64,000 bases of DNA from Glaucostegus cemiculus (lineage: Eukaryota). Where the stretch lies: positions 1,178,001 to 1,242,000 of the forward strand of contig CDPCPM010000091.1 of the NCBI GenBank assembly GCA_976551045.1. The letters are read 5' to 3'. Below are positions 24,681 to 38,281 of this stretch, piece by piece. A program made the translations under genes and the position numbers. The notes below the pieces were generated by a model, which was not told the origin of the DNA, searched no databases, and saw only the letters and a list, made by a program, of their open reading frames with translations. The first letter of the stretch is position 1, and every line of letters begins with the position of its first letter.

Positions 24681-26994
24681 AGACTGATTGATAGACTGAA
24701 CATATTTCAAAAAGAAAAAAAATCATCTGAAAACTGTCATAGGAAGATGATGGGAATGGAGTTTTGAAGGATGATATCAGATGAGATCACAATCAAGGCA
24801 CCTTGATTTTTAAATTAAACTTGTTTAAAACCGTATTACTCTTGAAAAGTGAACCAGTGACCGTAAGGGCTTTAAGACATGAAATAAACTTTATATATAT
24901 GCAACTCGTTCTTTCTTTTGTTATGTGAATATAATAATCTGATTACAGGTCATATAATGGATGTTGAATTTCAAAATTATTTTTTTTTCTAAATGCAAAA
25001 CGAATCACTATTTTCTGGCATTAGTGTAAAATACGTTGCTGTTTGCTAAATGCTATTTAAGAGGCAATCAGATGGGAAGTGGACCCAGAGGACTGTCAAT
25101 GGTGTGGACTTTTGTCTAAGAATGTGTTTAAATGCTATGCTCTAAAAAAAATTATACCTGTATGATGCCTATTCCTTAGCAACCTTTCTAACTCATGCCA
25201 CTATAATGTGGGTGTGAAACGTGGAGAGTATAGCATGATTCATGTCGAAATGAAAATAGCAATGGGGCAAACTGATGTAATTCTTTACTATTTGAACATC
25301 AGTGTAACAATTATGCTGCTTTTCTATGTAAGAGTGTTATTTCCATCCTTGTTTCACTTGGAAAAATAGGAAAATGTTGGGAATATTAGGTAGTTCATGT
25401 TTGGACTAATATCGACAATCTACTTCTGGTGAATTAGATGTAGTTTTCAAAAGGTTTATTATTTTATTCAAATCTGTTGAAATTGATTCGCATTGATTTG
25501 TAGGAAGTAAAACTAGTTAGTTTGAATGCTTTTAGGATGTCTTGAATAAACATCTCTTAATAATTCTGGTGGGGAATGTTCATCAATTTCACCAATTCAA
25601 TTGAAAAGTTGTCTATCAGATTTATTAAGCTAAAAGAGGTACAACTGTGATCTTAACAAAGGGATTAATTTTAACATAAATAGCATTGATGAATATACAT
25701 ATTTCAAACTGATGAAAATTAAGATTAAAATATAAATTCTTAAGTGAACATTAATCAATTATTGGTTTGTTTCATTTAAGAAAGGTTGGATTGAATTATG
25801 AAACTGACTTTGGTGTTTTCAGGGTAAAATTTTTGGCTAAAGAGCAATTAACTGCTGTCACAGTAATTGACCACTTTCAGTTTAGAAGCTTTCATTATGG
25901 AACCAGTAAGTTATAATCCTCCAATTTAAGGCCCTGTATCTTAACAAAGAGGCGTCATTCACATATTCTGCCTCATTGTGTGAGCGTTCCTGGGCAACAA
26001 CAATAAAAGGTAAAGTGACAGATGAAGGGATAAGCTACCTAAAGGTCTGTGTGGATAATGACAACCTTTAGATAAAATTACAGGAAGAAGACAAGCTAAC
26101 CATGTGAATCAGCACGTAAGTCTTGGAGATGTACCTCATCATGTTTGCTTTCATGATCTCTGCTTTATTGTAACCACAGCTTAAAACCATAGTTTAACAT
26201 GACTTAAATGTTCTTACAGTTGGATTTTTAAAACAAAATGTTTGATGCATTAAATTTTAAATGGGCTGCTATTTAACCTGTACACAAGAAGTCAAAGGTT
26301 TGGGAAGAGAAATCTTTGAACATCTGCCTCTGCAAAACAGAAGTATCCTAGCAATCGGGGCTTAAATGAAAAATAATAATTTACTGAACCTTAAAGGTAC
26401 CAACTGTTAATTTATTGTTCAATGCAAAAGGTACCACAAGCAATACTTTCTACAGATATGTTTGGTAAGAATGTGCATTTGAAAAAAATGCAGTGAGGGA
26501 TGTGTGTTAAAGTAACCTTTAGTAACTCTGTAAATAAGATCCTGAAATAGCTTGATAGAAAAACATAGCACCCAAGGTTTGGAAGATTCTTGGAAGTTCA
26601 TGGCTATCAGAAATAAGAAAGGTAAAATACTGGGAGTCATGTTGAGGTGAGAGGCCAAATAAGAGGTGCATGCTTCCCCCATCTGCTGCTTGTAGATCAG
26701 AAGAGAATGTGGAATGAGGTGAATGAGATATGAGAAGGCAGAGTACATAAAAGCATACATCATCTTTAATCATCTCTGCGCTGGTTCTCCATTAATGTCG
26801 GTGCATGTCTTCCAGGCACAATCACATTGCTGCTGGCAGTGATTTTGTGCCACCTTCTCGTGCGAGGCAGAGGGAAAGAGTGTTAGTGAGTGCAGATGGT
26901 TGATGGTTCCATCAGGTTTAAACAGCTGGGAGAGTGTGTGAGTTGTGCAATGTGGATGTGAATGCTGGAACAGTGGTAAGAGTAGGAGGGTGAA

Positions 26995-27405
26995 GTCATC
27001 AAGACGTACAGCATGGAAACAGGCCCTTCGGCCCCCTGAGTCTGTGCTATCAACCACCCATCCACACCAATCTTATATCAATCCTTTTTTTTTCCACTCA
27101 TATCCCATCATTATCAACTTCCCCCAGTTTCTACCACTCACCTACAGCCTAAGGGCAGTTTAGTGGCCAACTAACTTACCAACTTGCACATTTTAACCCA
27201 AAACATCAACAGTTCCTTTCCTCCCTCAGATGCTGCCTGACCTGCTGAGTTCCTCCAGCAGACTGTTTGTTGCTGCAGATTCCAGCATCTGCGGTCCCTT
27301 GAGCCCCCTGTCTACCAACTTGCACATGTTTGGGATGTGGAAGGACACTGGAGCACCAGGGGAAACCCACACAGTCACAGAGAGGATGTGCAAACTCCAC
27401 ACAAG
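26995..27405 (-). mobile_element. V-SINE (HE1-like) with CR1-type tail, interrupted by a nested insertion
   Basis: tgggatgtggaaggacactggagcaccaggggaaacccacac (reverse complement of the V domain); tail acagcatggaaacaggcccttcggccc. Confidence 0.7.
27192..27312 (+). mobile_element. Single-arm Penelope-derived insertion nested in a V-SINE, perfect 15-bp TSD
   Basis: taccaacttgcacat at 27177-27191 and 27313-27327 flanks the gatgctgcctgacctgctgagttcctccagca arm. Confidence 0.8.
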
Positions 27406-28064
27406 TGAGGCAGATGAACGTTAGATAGGGATTGTAATTGAGCAGAAATCATTAGGTGAATGCTGGAGATGTATAGTGTGGATGGAAATGAGAGATAAGA
27501 TTTATTGAAGTCTTTGCTGCTGTGGACCATGTAAGATTTTTCCGGCTGTTTTATTAATGTCCAGAAAGTGGCACTCCTGACATTGGCCCTCTTAGTCCCC
27601 ACCTCCTGCTTCCTGATGTACCTGGGTGGCCTCTGGGGCCCCTTTTCATAGAAACCCACCTCCTCCTGTTCACTTTGTCAACTATGGTGTCCAGAGACAT
27701 GCCTGAAAATTGTATTCGCTCTCAACAGAGTTTCCACTACCTTTTCAAGTTCTGGTATGACCCCTGAAGGAACTGGAAGGAACGAGCACCTTCCCTTTGA
27801 GAGATAAAGGTGTGGGTTCAATGCACGGACTAGATTCTGTGGGACCTATGCATTCACCCATCGAATAATCATTGCTTTGACAGTTTGCTTTGCATCAGGC
27901 TGATGCTACAATTATGAAAGAATCAAAGCACAAATTATATATGCAGATTAATCACCTATCTTATTCCAGCACAAGTTTTCCAACACCATCTAATTCCTCT
28001 TCCTAATTTTTTTTTTTACAACACTAAGCCTTCAAAATTATTGCATGGAGATTGAAAACATTAA

Positions 28065-28753
28065 GATTGCGGAGACTGAGGAAAGCGAACTCCCATCCCT
28101 CAGTTATGAAAACTTTCTATAGAGGGACCATTGAGAGCATCTTAACCCAATGTATCACTGTTTGGTTTGGAAGCTGCTCAGCTGCTGGGTGGAAGACCCT
28201 CCAGAGGATAGTTAGGGCTGCGGAGAGGATCGTAGGTGTCTCCCTTCCATCCATCGCAGACATATACAAGAACCGTTGTGTTAGGAAGACCAAAAATATA
28301 ATGGCGGATCCTTCTCACCCCTCCCATCATCTCTTTACAATTTTGCTATCTGGGAGGAGGCTCAAATGTATCAGGGCGAGAACGACCAGGCTGAGCAATA
28401 GCTTCTTTCCGCAAGCCATCAGGACTGCAAACTCTCTCATTCCTCCATCTTCCTTGTTAACACTAAGGGATGCTAGGTGCACAGAAATGCACCAGCACTT
28501 TAAATGCCCGCCACCAGCCCGTTCACTTTAATAACTATTTATTTAATTACCGGCCGTATTTAATTTAACCTGCCATATTTAATTTAATTTAAACTTCCGT
28601 AGTTTTTAATGTTTTTTTTGTTCAATGTGTCTGTGTGTCTCTGCTGTTTGTTATTTAATGGGACGAGCACTTGAGGAGGATGGTATCTCGCTCCTATGCA
28701 TACTATGTATGTATATGGTTGTGACAATAAAACTGATTCTGATTCTGAATTCT
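28065..28753 (+). mobile_element. Rex1/Babar-like LINE 3' end, 5'-truncated
   Basis: ORF LRRLRK..FYRGTIESILTQCITVWFGSCS..LQRIVRAAERIVG..DPSHPSHHLF..SGRR..RTTRLSNSFFPQAIR; ends aataaaactgattctgattctg. Confidence 0.8.
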
Positions 28754-30589
28754 AACAAGGTATTTATATTGGATTGAGGAGGAGCTGAAGGTTTCTACCA
28801 CACATACATGGCAGCATCACAGTGGATTGCGTCATATGTCCAGGATAGTTTGTTCATCTGTGCCACTAGTTTGCAGTCTTAATGTGTTGAACCAAATATT
28901 TAAACTATTTTGCAGCCAGACAGATGATTGATGAGCTGCAGAATTTCATTTCTCCTGGTGCCTGTGTAGGACTGGAAGGTGTATTGTCTTGCACTGGATT
29001 CATGTTATATAACTTTTGTAGTAGACCATAAAATCACCAAATGTTGATTTAATAAAACAATTCAACTCTGTCTCTCTCAAACCATTTATATTTTAGCTCT
29101 GATAATACACAAACAGGTTAAATATCAATGGAAATTCAAAACCATTTTTTAGTTGTTCTTGGCTAACTTTATTGAAGTTGAGTGGGGAGGTAAATTGTTT
29201 ATATGTCTTAACTGGGTGTATGTAGATTCCCTTAATGGTTCAACAAGTGTATACAACAAATGCATCTGGTGCCTACCTGAGCCAATCTTTGATGCTTTGA
29301 TCACCGAGGAGACAAAACTTACACAGTAAGAACAAATCTTACTGCTGATCTCTGTCCAGCAACCCATGGTGTAGATCCGTATTGCTCAACCTTTCTGAAT
29401 GAGAGCCAATCTGTTCATATTTGGTAACGTGTTGGCTCTCTCATAAGCAGCTAATGACATCACTGGCTACTCCTGTGTAGGATTTGGGACTGTCCCAGGT
29501 CTTCCTGGGAACTGCCATCTGCCTAGCAGTTGGCATAGTTACCTCAATATCATGAACTCTGTAATGTTGGCCACCACTCCCCACCCTTTAGTGGGGGTGG
29601 GGTTGGGAGGTAGAGAGGTCATGTGTCCCAAGGTGGGATCCTGAGGTATAAATCATCATGTGTGAATGTAAAGCTGTGCCAGGACTGTCGTCAAAATAAC
29701 TTGTGGGGCCCTATAAGTTCACTAAATGAAAGAGCATGAAGGATCTTCTGAAATGATAGTGTTTTACTTATTTGTTAATGGGATATGAGCATAACCAGCT
29801 TAACCAGTATTTATTGTCAATCCCAAGTAGTGCAGGGGCTGGATATATTGGCCATTTTAGAGAGCAGTGTCAAGAGTTAATCATGTCGGTATGTCTGGAG
29901 TCAGGGGCCAGACCACATAAGGCAAAAAAACACTACTGTACATTTTCAGTATACAGCTCTCTGGGTCAATGGGTATAGCCACGTGTGAATTAATTATTTA
30001 TTACTGTAATTTAATTGTCTTAATCTAGTATTAACTGTGTATTAATGCCAAGTATAAGTTAAGCTACTTTGGGCCAGAGTTACTATCAGAATAATTGTGG
30101 TCACAATTATTTATGCTCAAGCAATAAATCTATAAGTAACTGCAGACAAAAGGCAGGCTTACAGTTATCCAACTTACTGCAGATGCACTGTAAGAGGTAT
30201 TTTCATAGTCTTCCACACCTCTGCAATGGATTAGTGTGACGTTTCTGTATCTATGCAGTAGACACAAACTAAATTAGCCACAGAAAGATAGGGCGTGTCC
30301 TTTTAACTTGAAGTAATCCTTTAATGACATGATAAAATTAATTACTCTCAATTTACCTCCTCAGCACTGCACTATTACAAGCATTTCTTAAGGTGTTACA
30401 TTTTTGCAAGATAGTTTAAAAATATTAAATTTGTGGTTTTCTTTACTCTTCCTTTGACTTAGCCTCAATTTAGTGCAAGCTTTCTTCCCCACTTTTCATT
30501 TCACTTTCCATGCTTGATTTGACATTTGATTCATCTATGCTACTTTGCACTTTCTTCTCACTGATTCACTAACTTTAATATATGAGCAA

Positions 30590-30885
30590 GGTGGCATATA
30601 TTTCCCCTTGTTGGATGGGTCTAGAATGAATGTTTTCACGGTGTCAAGATATTTAGGTGTGAGATGAAGAGAAATTGTTCCCCTCAGCGGATGGCCAACC
30701 TGTGAAGTTCATTGCCACGGGGCTGTAGAGGCCAAGTTGCTGAATACATTTAAGAAGCAAATAGACACAAAGGCATTATGCAGGAAGAGCAGGAGTATCC
30801 TGTTGAGATGGATGATCAGCTGTTATTGTATTGAACAGCAGAGCAGGCTAGAAGGGTCAGATGTCCTACTCTTGCTATTTTTCTT
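30590..30885 (+). mobile_element. CR1 LINE 3' end, degenerate
   Basis: gagatgaagagaaatt...ggctgtagaggccaagttgctgaatacatttaag...gagcaggctagaagggtcagatgtcctactcttgct. Confidence 0.65.
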
Positions 30886-31156
30886 TGTTCTGTTGCAGTG
30901 TACAGCAAAGTATTTATACTGTGTGCTGCCCACAAATGTCAGACTAAGCATAATCAATAACGAGAATGTGAAAAAATTGTTGATCAAAATCAAGAGGCTG
31001 AGGGCAATACCTGGTTAGGCTAAAGCCATATCAGTCACGTCATTGTCATTTGGATTGTGATGTATTTAGCTTATCAAGAACACACATGCACATTCCTCCA
31101 ATGTCCTGTAAAGTACAGTGGAACTTTATACCCTGAACCATGAGAGGGAAAAAAAC

Positions 31157-31450
31157 ATAAGATCTTTATTAGTCACATGTACATCAAAACACACAGTGAA
31201 ATACATCTTTTGCGTAGTGATTTTGGGGGGGCAGCCCGCAAGCGTCGCCACGCTTCCGGTGTCAACATAGTATGCCCATAACTTCCTAACCCGTACGTCT
31301 TTGGAAACTGGGAGGAAACCGGAGCACCTGGAGGAAACCCACACAGACACGGGGAGAATGTACAAACTCCTTATAGACAGTGACTGGATTTGAAACTGGG
31401 TCACTGGCGCTGTAAAGCATTGCGCTAACCACTATGCTACTGTGCCTGCC
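31157..31450 (-). mobile_element. tRNA-derived V-SINE, subfamily with gtacatgtgactaataaa tail
   Basis: Head ggcacagtagcatagtggttagcgc, V domain gtgtgggtttcctccaggtgctccggtttcctccca; nearly the same as 38282-38570. Confidence 0.85.
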
Positions 31451-34400
31451 ATGACACAAACAGATACCGTGCATGACACAAGCAGAATAGCTGTAATAAG
31501 AAAATAAAGGTGCATAAGATACTCAAAGCTTTGATCATAAAAAAAAGAGTATAAATATTGAGTGAAGCAGTACTGACACAGGCACTGGATTGATGTGCAA
31601 AATACTCTGATTAGAAACAGGAAGGAAAAAAATAAGGACCAAAGAAGAGATTATCATTAGTAAGCTGCCAGCTGTCTATCTGGACAGGGTCCAGTAATTA
31701 TATACGAGCAACAGACTTTTTTTTTTGCTTTACATTTATTAAATCGTCAGTGTTGATTGTTGAATAAAGTTGGGGAAATTCTATCACCAATATGGAATTC
31801 TGTCAAGTACTTGGTTGGAAGCAGTGAACAACTCTTCCTAATTGAGTTTTAGCTGCCAGTGAAAGTTGGACAACCCTCACTATACCATATCTCACACCTT
31901 TTGCTGTTTATTTCATGATCCTTCAATCTACTTGGTTAATGAGATTTACTGTTGCTGGGGCCAGTTCACTCAGTCCCAGATGTCATTTTCCTTCCAGTGT
32001 CATTATCGGCTCAAACTCCCTGTAACCAGCCAAGCAAAGTATGGAATAATTTAATCATTTAAGAGCAAATCCAAAGAGGACAGATATCCTTGCCTACTCT
32101 GCCACAGTTAAAATTGGCCAAGTTAGATTTATTTTTGACTCAGCTATAGGTACTTGTATAATATTACTTTGTTTAAAAATTGACTGAAAATTCAGTGGAA
32201 GTCTTTGTTTTATAATGTGACATTATGATGTCTTATCCCTTCATGATAAGACATAAATACTTTAACTGATGAGAACAATAAATGGTGAAGATGGGGAGAT
32301 GCTTTTCATTCGATGCACTTCATCTATGATACAGGTACTACCATTTTCACATCATTTGATACATAGCATTGCAGTAATTTAGATTGCAGTGGTGAGTTAG
32401 CAGTCAGTGCTTTATAAGAGTACTCTTGTTTAAGGGGAACCAAGAGAGAGTATTCATGCTTATGGTAAAGGCAATAATATCAAGATATTGAAGTATTTTT
32501 CTGAAGATAGCCATTGAAATTTGTTAAGTTTAGGACTTATGACTTATCAAAGAGTTATTCAAGTCATAGAATTAAAAATATATGAAAGAAACAGACCAAC
32601 TAGTGCACTCTCAAGTAATGTGAAATAAAACACATTTAATACTTGTTGACTATCCCATTTACAACAGTTCTCTATAACTTGGTATGCTGAGGCATTTTGG
32701 CACATTTTTATCAGGAAATGAGTTCCAACTTGAATTTCACACAAATGGCAGTCTTTTTTAAAAAAGATTGATGACTTTGGTTACTAATTAAGTTTATAAA
32801 AAGACATTAATGTACAAAAGTAGCTGTGTTTATGACTCTCAGATTTTCAGAAATCTATAATATGCTTCTCAATCCAGCAGTAGAAAGAGATGATACACAA
32901 GTGGGAACAATGTTCCCCACATTTATCATACAAACATTTAATGTGCCTGTAACAAGATCCTTACTTTTCTAACAGTAGCATTAAACCATTTGCAATGAAT
33001 ATTGCCTGCAGTAACTATTACCCTCTGCTATTACTTTGATTTGTCTTGTTTTAGCTGTATGAAGTCCATTACTGCAGCATTAGGTTAGTTGCCAGACTTT
33101 TCTCAGCTGCATCCCATTTGAAAGCTCATTTGTACTTAAAATTAAAAAAATAGGAACAATGCTACATATGGATTGGTCAAGATCTTTTCTAAATTTTGAT
33201 TAAATTAGATTTGTTTGTCTGTGGGGATAAGTATATTTTTGTGCAGAATGTTATTATTAGCTTAATTCTGTTTAAATTATCTTAAAAATGTTTCAGTTTA
33301 AAAATTGATTAGTAAGTTATCAGATATTTTTCAAAGAATGTCAGGCTATAGAAGATGGCTGTAACTATTTTCAGAAAGCATTTGTTAAGAGCTTAGATTA
33401 ATAAGACTGTAGGTTAGTGAAGTCATCTGATGATCTTTACAGAAAAATATGAAGCAGAACATTCAGGAAAAAAGTTTGGTGGAAGTGACTGATAAGGTTC
33501 TCAACAATAAGTGAAGCAGATCTGGTTTTCTTTTACAGTCATATGAGCGGAGGATACGAGGCTGAAATTTGTACATTCTGTTTAGGACGGAGTTGACATA
33601 TTCTTTGCAATTTTGAGTATAAGATTATAGACAGAAATAGGAGAATGGATAAGGTAGACCAAAGATTCAATATAATGATACCAGGGATCAGAGAAGTGGT
33701 TGAAAAAAAAACTGTTGGCAGATTATAACCATACAGAAATTGACATATAATTATCATGAGGATATTTTGAAATGTCTTGATTAGAAAAGGTAATGCTTTA
33801 TTACAGATTGGAAAGGAAACTGTAATGTCATTTAAAAAGAGAATTTAGTGAGTTTTTGATTCAAGAAAGCATGTAAATAGAGAGAAAATTTCATTTGCCT
33901 ATCTAGCGCACATTGAAGCATTAGCACCGTGATGGTCTTTGCTTCCATATTATACTTTACACAAAGTGGAATCTGAAGCCCTTTTGACTGATTAAAAGTC
34001 TGACTTTGTTGCAGTAAAAATATTTAAAATTCAGCAGGAAATGCGCAAAGCAGTGTACCATGACTCGAACCTTTCTTTAAATCCAGAAGCTTGCATTGGC
34101 CAGTTTTCCAAAAGTAAGAAGCAGGAGAGCAGAAGTTTTCAGGCATGTTCGATCCCTGGAACACCCTGGAATGGTCCATTTTGTTTGATTACTGTTTTCA
34201 TTGTGAAAACGTTTGTGTAATATGAACAATCTTATGGGTGATGCCCGCTGGACTTGAGCAAACCAACACATTTTCTGCCAAAAGTAACACTATTATATGG
34301 ATACCTTGGACCAATGCCCATGTGGAGTGATTAAAGTAACTTGAATCTCAACCAATTACTGAATGAGTACTTTTTATATTAAAAACTGCATGATTTTATT

Positions 34401-35974
34401 CATGCCTTGAAACCCATTGAAAACAAAACTATTTTCATTCTTTTCATTCTTTAGAGATAAGCTTAAAAATTCCCAGACTGAGAGGTGCAGACAGGAGAAT
34501 CAAACGGCAAAGCCAATGTGTCTGATCCATGGGGTTTCCAATTTGCTCGCCATTATAACAAATGGCTAGAAAATCAGAAATACTACAAATGGAACATGCT
34601 GATCACTGTGCCCTGCTCTCAGATCCACAATCCCTTTAAGCAGAGCTCTGGGAGGAAGGTGGAAGTACAAGGCACATTGATGTAGTTTTAGTTTAAGTGA
34701 TAAAATAATAAAAATAATGCAAGAATTCAGAAGTCTCTGGTAAGTCATTAATGTAAAAAAAATACTTCTAAAATTATTTGACTTTTTACATGAGCTGATC
34801 CAATTTATCCTGATTTTATTGCAGTTGACATTTCACAGGGAAATGGTATTTTGTGTCTCTGTTGGAAGCTAAAATATATTCAAAGGTTTTCTCTTCTGAC
34901 TTTTGTCAACTTCTGGAAAAAATCTATGGGTTTACTGAAGGCCAGAGCAAAGTTAAATTAATGAGCCCACTACGTTACTTGTGAATAATCCACACTTCTA
35001 AATAATGACGATTCTCTGAGAGAGCAAGTAGTTACTATTTAATTGAATTTTCATTTATTACCTCATTTTGGTTTTGTATATAACAATGGATATTTACACT
35101 GATTCTCTATTACTGAAGAAATACAAGAATTGGTGCATTAAGGGAGACTTTTATAGAGATATTGGCTGTATTTCATAAAAATAGACAAAATGAAGGCTAC
35201 GTGGGGGTGGGGGGTGGAAACTGAATCTAGATCTTGTTAATAATAATAGCATGTGGTTGTATCCAAGAGATACAGAATAATATATACCTTTCTGATTTCA
35301 GATGGCTAATCATTTCCAATTAGATTGTGGGTGAGGCTGATTGTTCAATGCTCTGCTCCTTTGGCATACGGCTAGTAATCTCTGTCCTCTTTACTATAAT
35401 CGCTGGTAAATCAGCATGCACAAAAATACAGGATTCTTCCACTCATTTACGTCTACATCAATTAAAAATATTTCAATGAGCAACAGAGGGACACGAGTTT
35501 ACAAAAACATCTTTACATTGGTTGCTCTCTGAAAACAGGTGCAGAATGGACATAATTGGCTTCAGCCGAATTCCATCTATTTTCTTGCTCAATCTTCCAA
35601 CAGGCCTTGAGGGCAGGGATGATACAAGCTCCCATCTGAAGCAGGCAAAGGGCTTCACAAATACATTAAAAGGAGGGCAAATTGTGATTTTGCATTTTAT
35701 GCTTCCATAATGTTAGCTTTAGTTCACGTCTTTCAAACCTCATTGCTGGGGCATGTCAGGCAGTCATTTCAAACAGGACATTTTGGCAGAAAAAAGCTGT
35801 GATTTTGTGATAATGGTGCTATTGTTAAAGAACTGAATTCACCACCAGTGGTAGGAAAGTTATTTTTAAAAACTCCGAGGGACTGGATTAATCTACACTT
35901 GAAGATGCAGCTATTAACCAAAGTTAATTGTCATAGCTTTGTTAGGGCGATTCTGAATGAACAATTTTACTGAA

Positions 35975-36480
35975 TTTTGTTTTGATGAGGGCAAGTGCAG
36001 TTGAGCCTGTCTGGATGCACTTCAGTAAGGATTTTGACAAGGTCCCAATTGGGAAAGTGGGACCTTGGTTGGCACAGTAGCGTAGCGGTTAGTGCGATGC
36101 TATTACAGCGCCAGTGATGGGGGTTCGATTTCCGTCGCTGTCTGTAAGGAGTTTGTACGCTCCCCTGTGTCTGTGTGGGTTTCCTCTGGGTGCTTCGGTT
36201 TCCTCCCACATTCCAAAGACGTACGGGTAGGTTAATTTGGGTTTAAAATGGGCGGCGCAGACTCGTTGGGCCGGAATGGCCTGTTACCATGCTGTAAATA
36301 ATTTTTTTTTTAAATTTTAAAGATTAAAGCCCCTTGAATCCAGGGCAGGTTGGCAAATTGGATCCAAAATTAGAAAGCAGAGGGTGATGGTGAAGAGTTG
36401 TTTTTGTGTCAGATGCCTGTGATGAATGGTATGCTGTAGAGATCAGTGCTGGGACTCTTGCTGTTTGTTATATACATTAA
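35975..36480 (+). mobile_element. CR1 RT fragment interrupted by a V-SINE
   Basis: ttcagtaaggattttgacaaggtccca (FSKxFDKVP) before the SINE; ggatccaaaattagaaagcagagggtgatgg...gatcagtgctggga after it. Confidence 0.6.
36067..36320 (+). mobile_element. tRNA-derived V-SINE (HE1-like), full length, CR1-type tail
   Basis: Pol III A box tagcgtagcgg (36078-36088), B box ggttcgatttcc (36122-36133), V domain gtgggtttcctctgggtgcttcggtttcctcccaca, tail gggccggaatggcctgtt. Confidence 0.88.
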
Positions 36481-38281
36481 AGGGAACAGTGTTTGTCCAC
36501 AATTCTCCAACGCACCAATTTGAACAAATAGCTAACCTTGCTATCACCACTGAAATCCATTATGAGCTACTGCCTGGTGTAGATTTTCTACAGCCCAGTC
36601 AAGTGTGCTATAAGTCAGAGATTCTGGACAAACTTTCACTGTGTCAGTCACTCATTCAAATTAGGGGGATGTATGTGTTTGGAAAATTTTACGTGATCTG
36701 TTCTCTGAAGCAATTGTGCATAACGGAAAAATTCAGTCCCATATATGCTACTACTGAAAAATTGGAACTTTTATATTGATTGATTGATTGATGCAATGAA
36801 TCAAAATGTGTCCCTTTCACTGTAGGAACTTTGGTCGAAATCTAGTCAGATGGGATAGTATTTCATCTCTGTGACAGTGTCTGAATCAAAAGGAAATTTC
36901 AAACTCAGGTTCTGGTAGATGTGGTAAAAATAATTCTCGCATTCAGCAGCAGAGGCATTCATTTCCCCAGCTTAGAAGGCGTAAAGTGGAAATGTGCAAC
37001 ACCATACCAGTGCAGCAGTGTTGTTATGGCTCTTCAAATGGGATTTCAAAGCATTGCCTGAACAATTCATGGGATTCCATGCTGTGTCTCCTCTCTGTGA
37101 TCCTGATGGGTTAATGTTTCATGATTTACGTCATTTCTCCAGGTTTTGAAATTTCCTTATCAATCGTCTAATTTATCATTTTACAAAATAGCAAAATCTG
37201 GTTCCCTTTGCAGGTCATTAATAGCAAAAAGATCAGTCCTTGCATCACATCTCATAGCTCAGGAGAACTTAAGTCACTGTTTAAATCACTGAGTGGATAA
37301 TAAAAAAAAAGCAAATGCTGCATGTCTTAAGTCTTTCATAGTTTGAATTTACTGACCAATCAGTTTTCACTGCATGGAAATAAAGATTGCCTCGGGCAGC
37401 ACTGTGTTTTGAACAGAATCTCTTCTATATATACACCAGTGGTAATCAATTTCCACTATCTAATTGACTAGCTGTAAAACCTGGGAATAAAAAGCTAATC
37501 AACAAAGTTACAATGAGATGGGGTTGAAACAGACTATATTTTCTCTGAGCTGTACTTAATCCTGCAGATTATTTTCAAGTTTTGAGTATTTAATCATAAC
37601 CAAATGCTTTTAACTGGTCATGCATCATAATTACTTATTCTGCCTTCCAGAACAAAACTTCTTTAAAAAATTTAATAAATGATTTCTTCCTGGTTAGCAA
37701 ATGGGCAAAATATATGTATCAAATGATCTCTCAAAATCTCAGCCTGTATCACTAGATGTTTGCGTTTGATGAAAATCTTGTACCTTGATGATGTATTGAC
37801 GGGCTGATGATTGGGTATACCCATCTGCACAGTCCATGTGAGAGGTTGTCCTGGTATTTCCAAGTATATTTAGGAATCCATTGTTGAACATTAAAGTTCC
37901 ATGCCTGTGATTCTCACAACACCTACCACCGAGTCCCATATCCCCACCCCTCCCCACCCTTTCTGTGCTCTTAAATCCAATTAGATTTGTGAGCTAAGTA
38001 GTGCTTTATTCATAAGGTGGGCACAAACAAAAGAGGTGAGTTGATTTGGTTATCTTTTATCAAGTTTAAATCTAATTGAGAAAGTCAAGACGTAAAGCCA
38101 TCAAAAATAAGAGAAAGGATGCTGGGATTGAAATTGCATTTGTTTGGATGTCACTGGAGTTACCAAAATTATGAGAGCTTAAATTTCTGTTAAGAACTTT
38201 CCACCAGTTTTGCCATCTTCCACCCTTGAAAGTCATTGTATACATGGAGCGATCTTATTTATATATCATGGACATTGTTTT

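Noticed and set aside
36067-36140. tRNA gene (A and B boxes present)
   Set aside because: It continues into a V-SINE core and LINE-type tail, so it is a SINE head.
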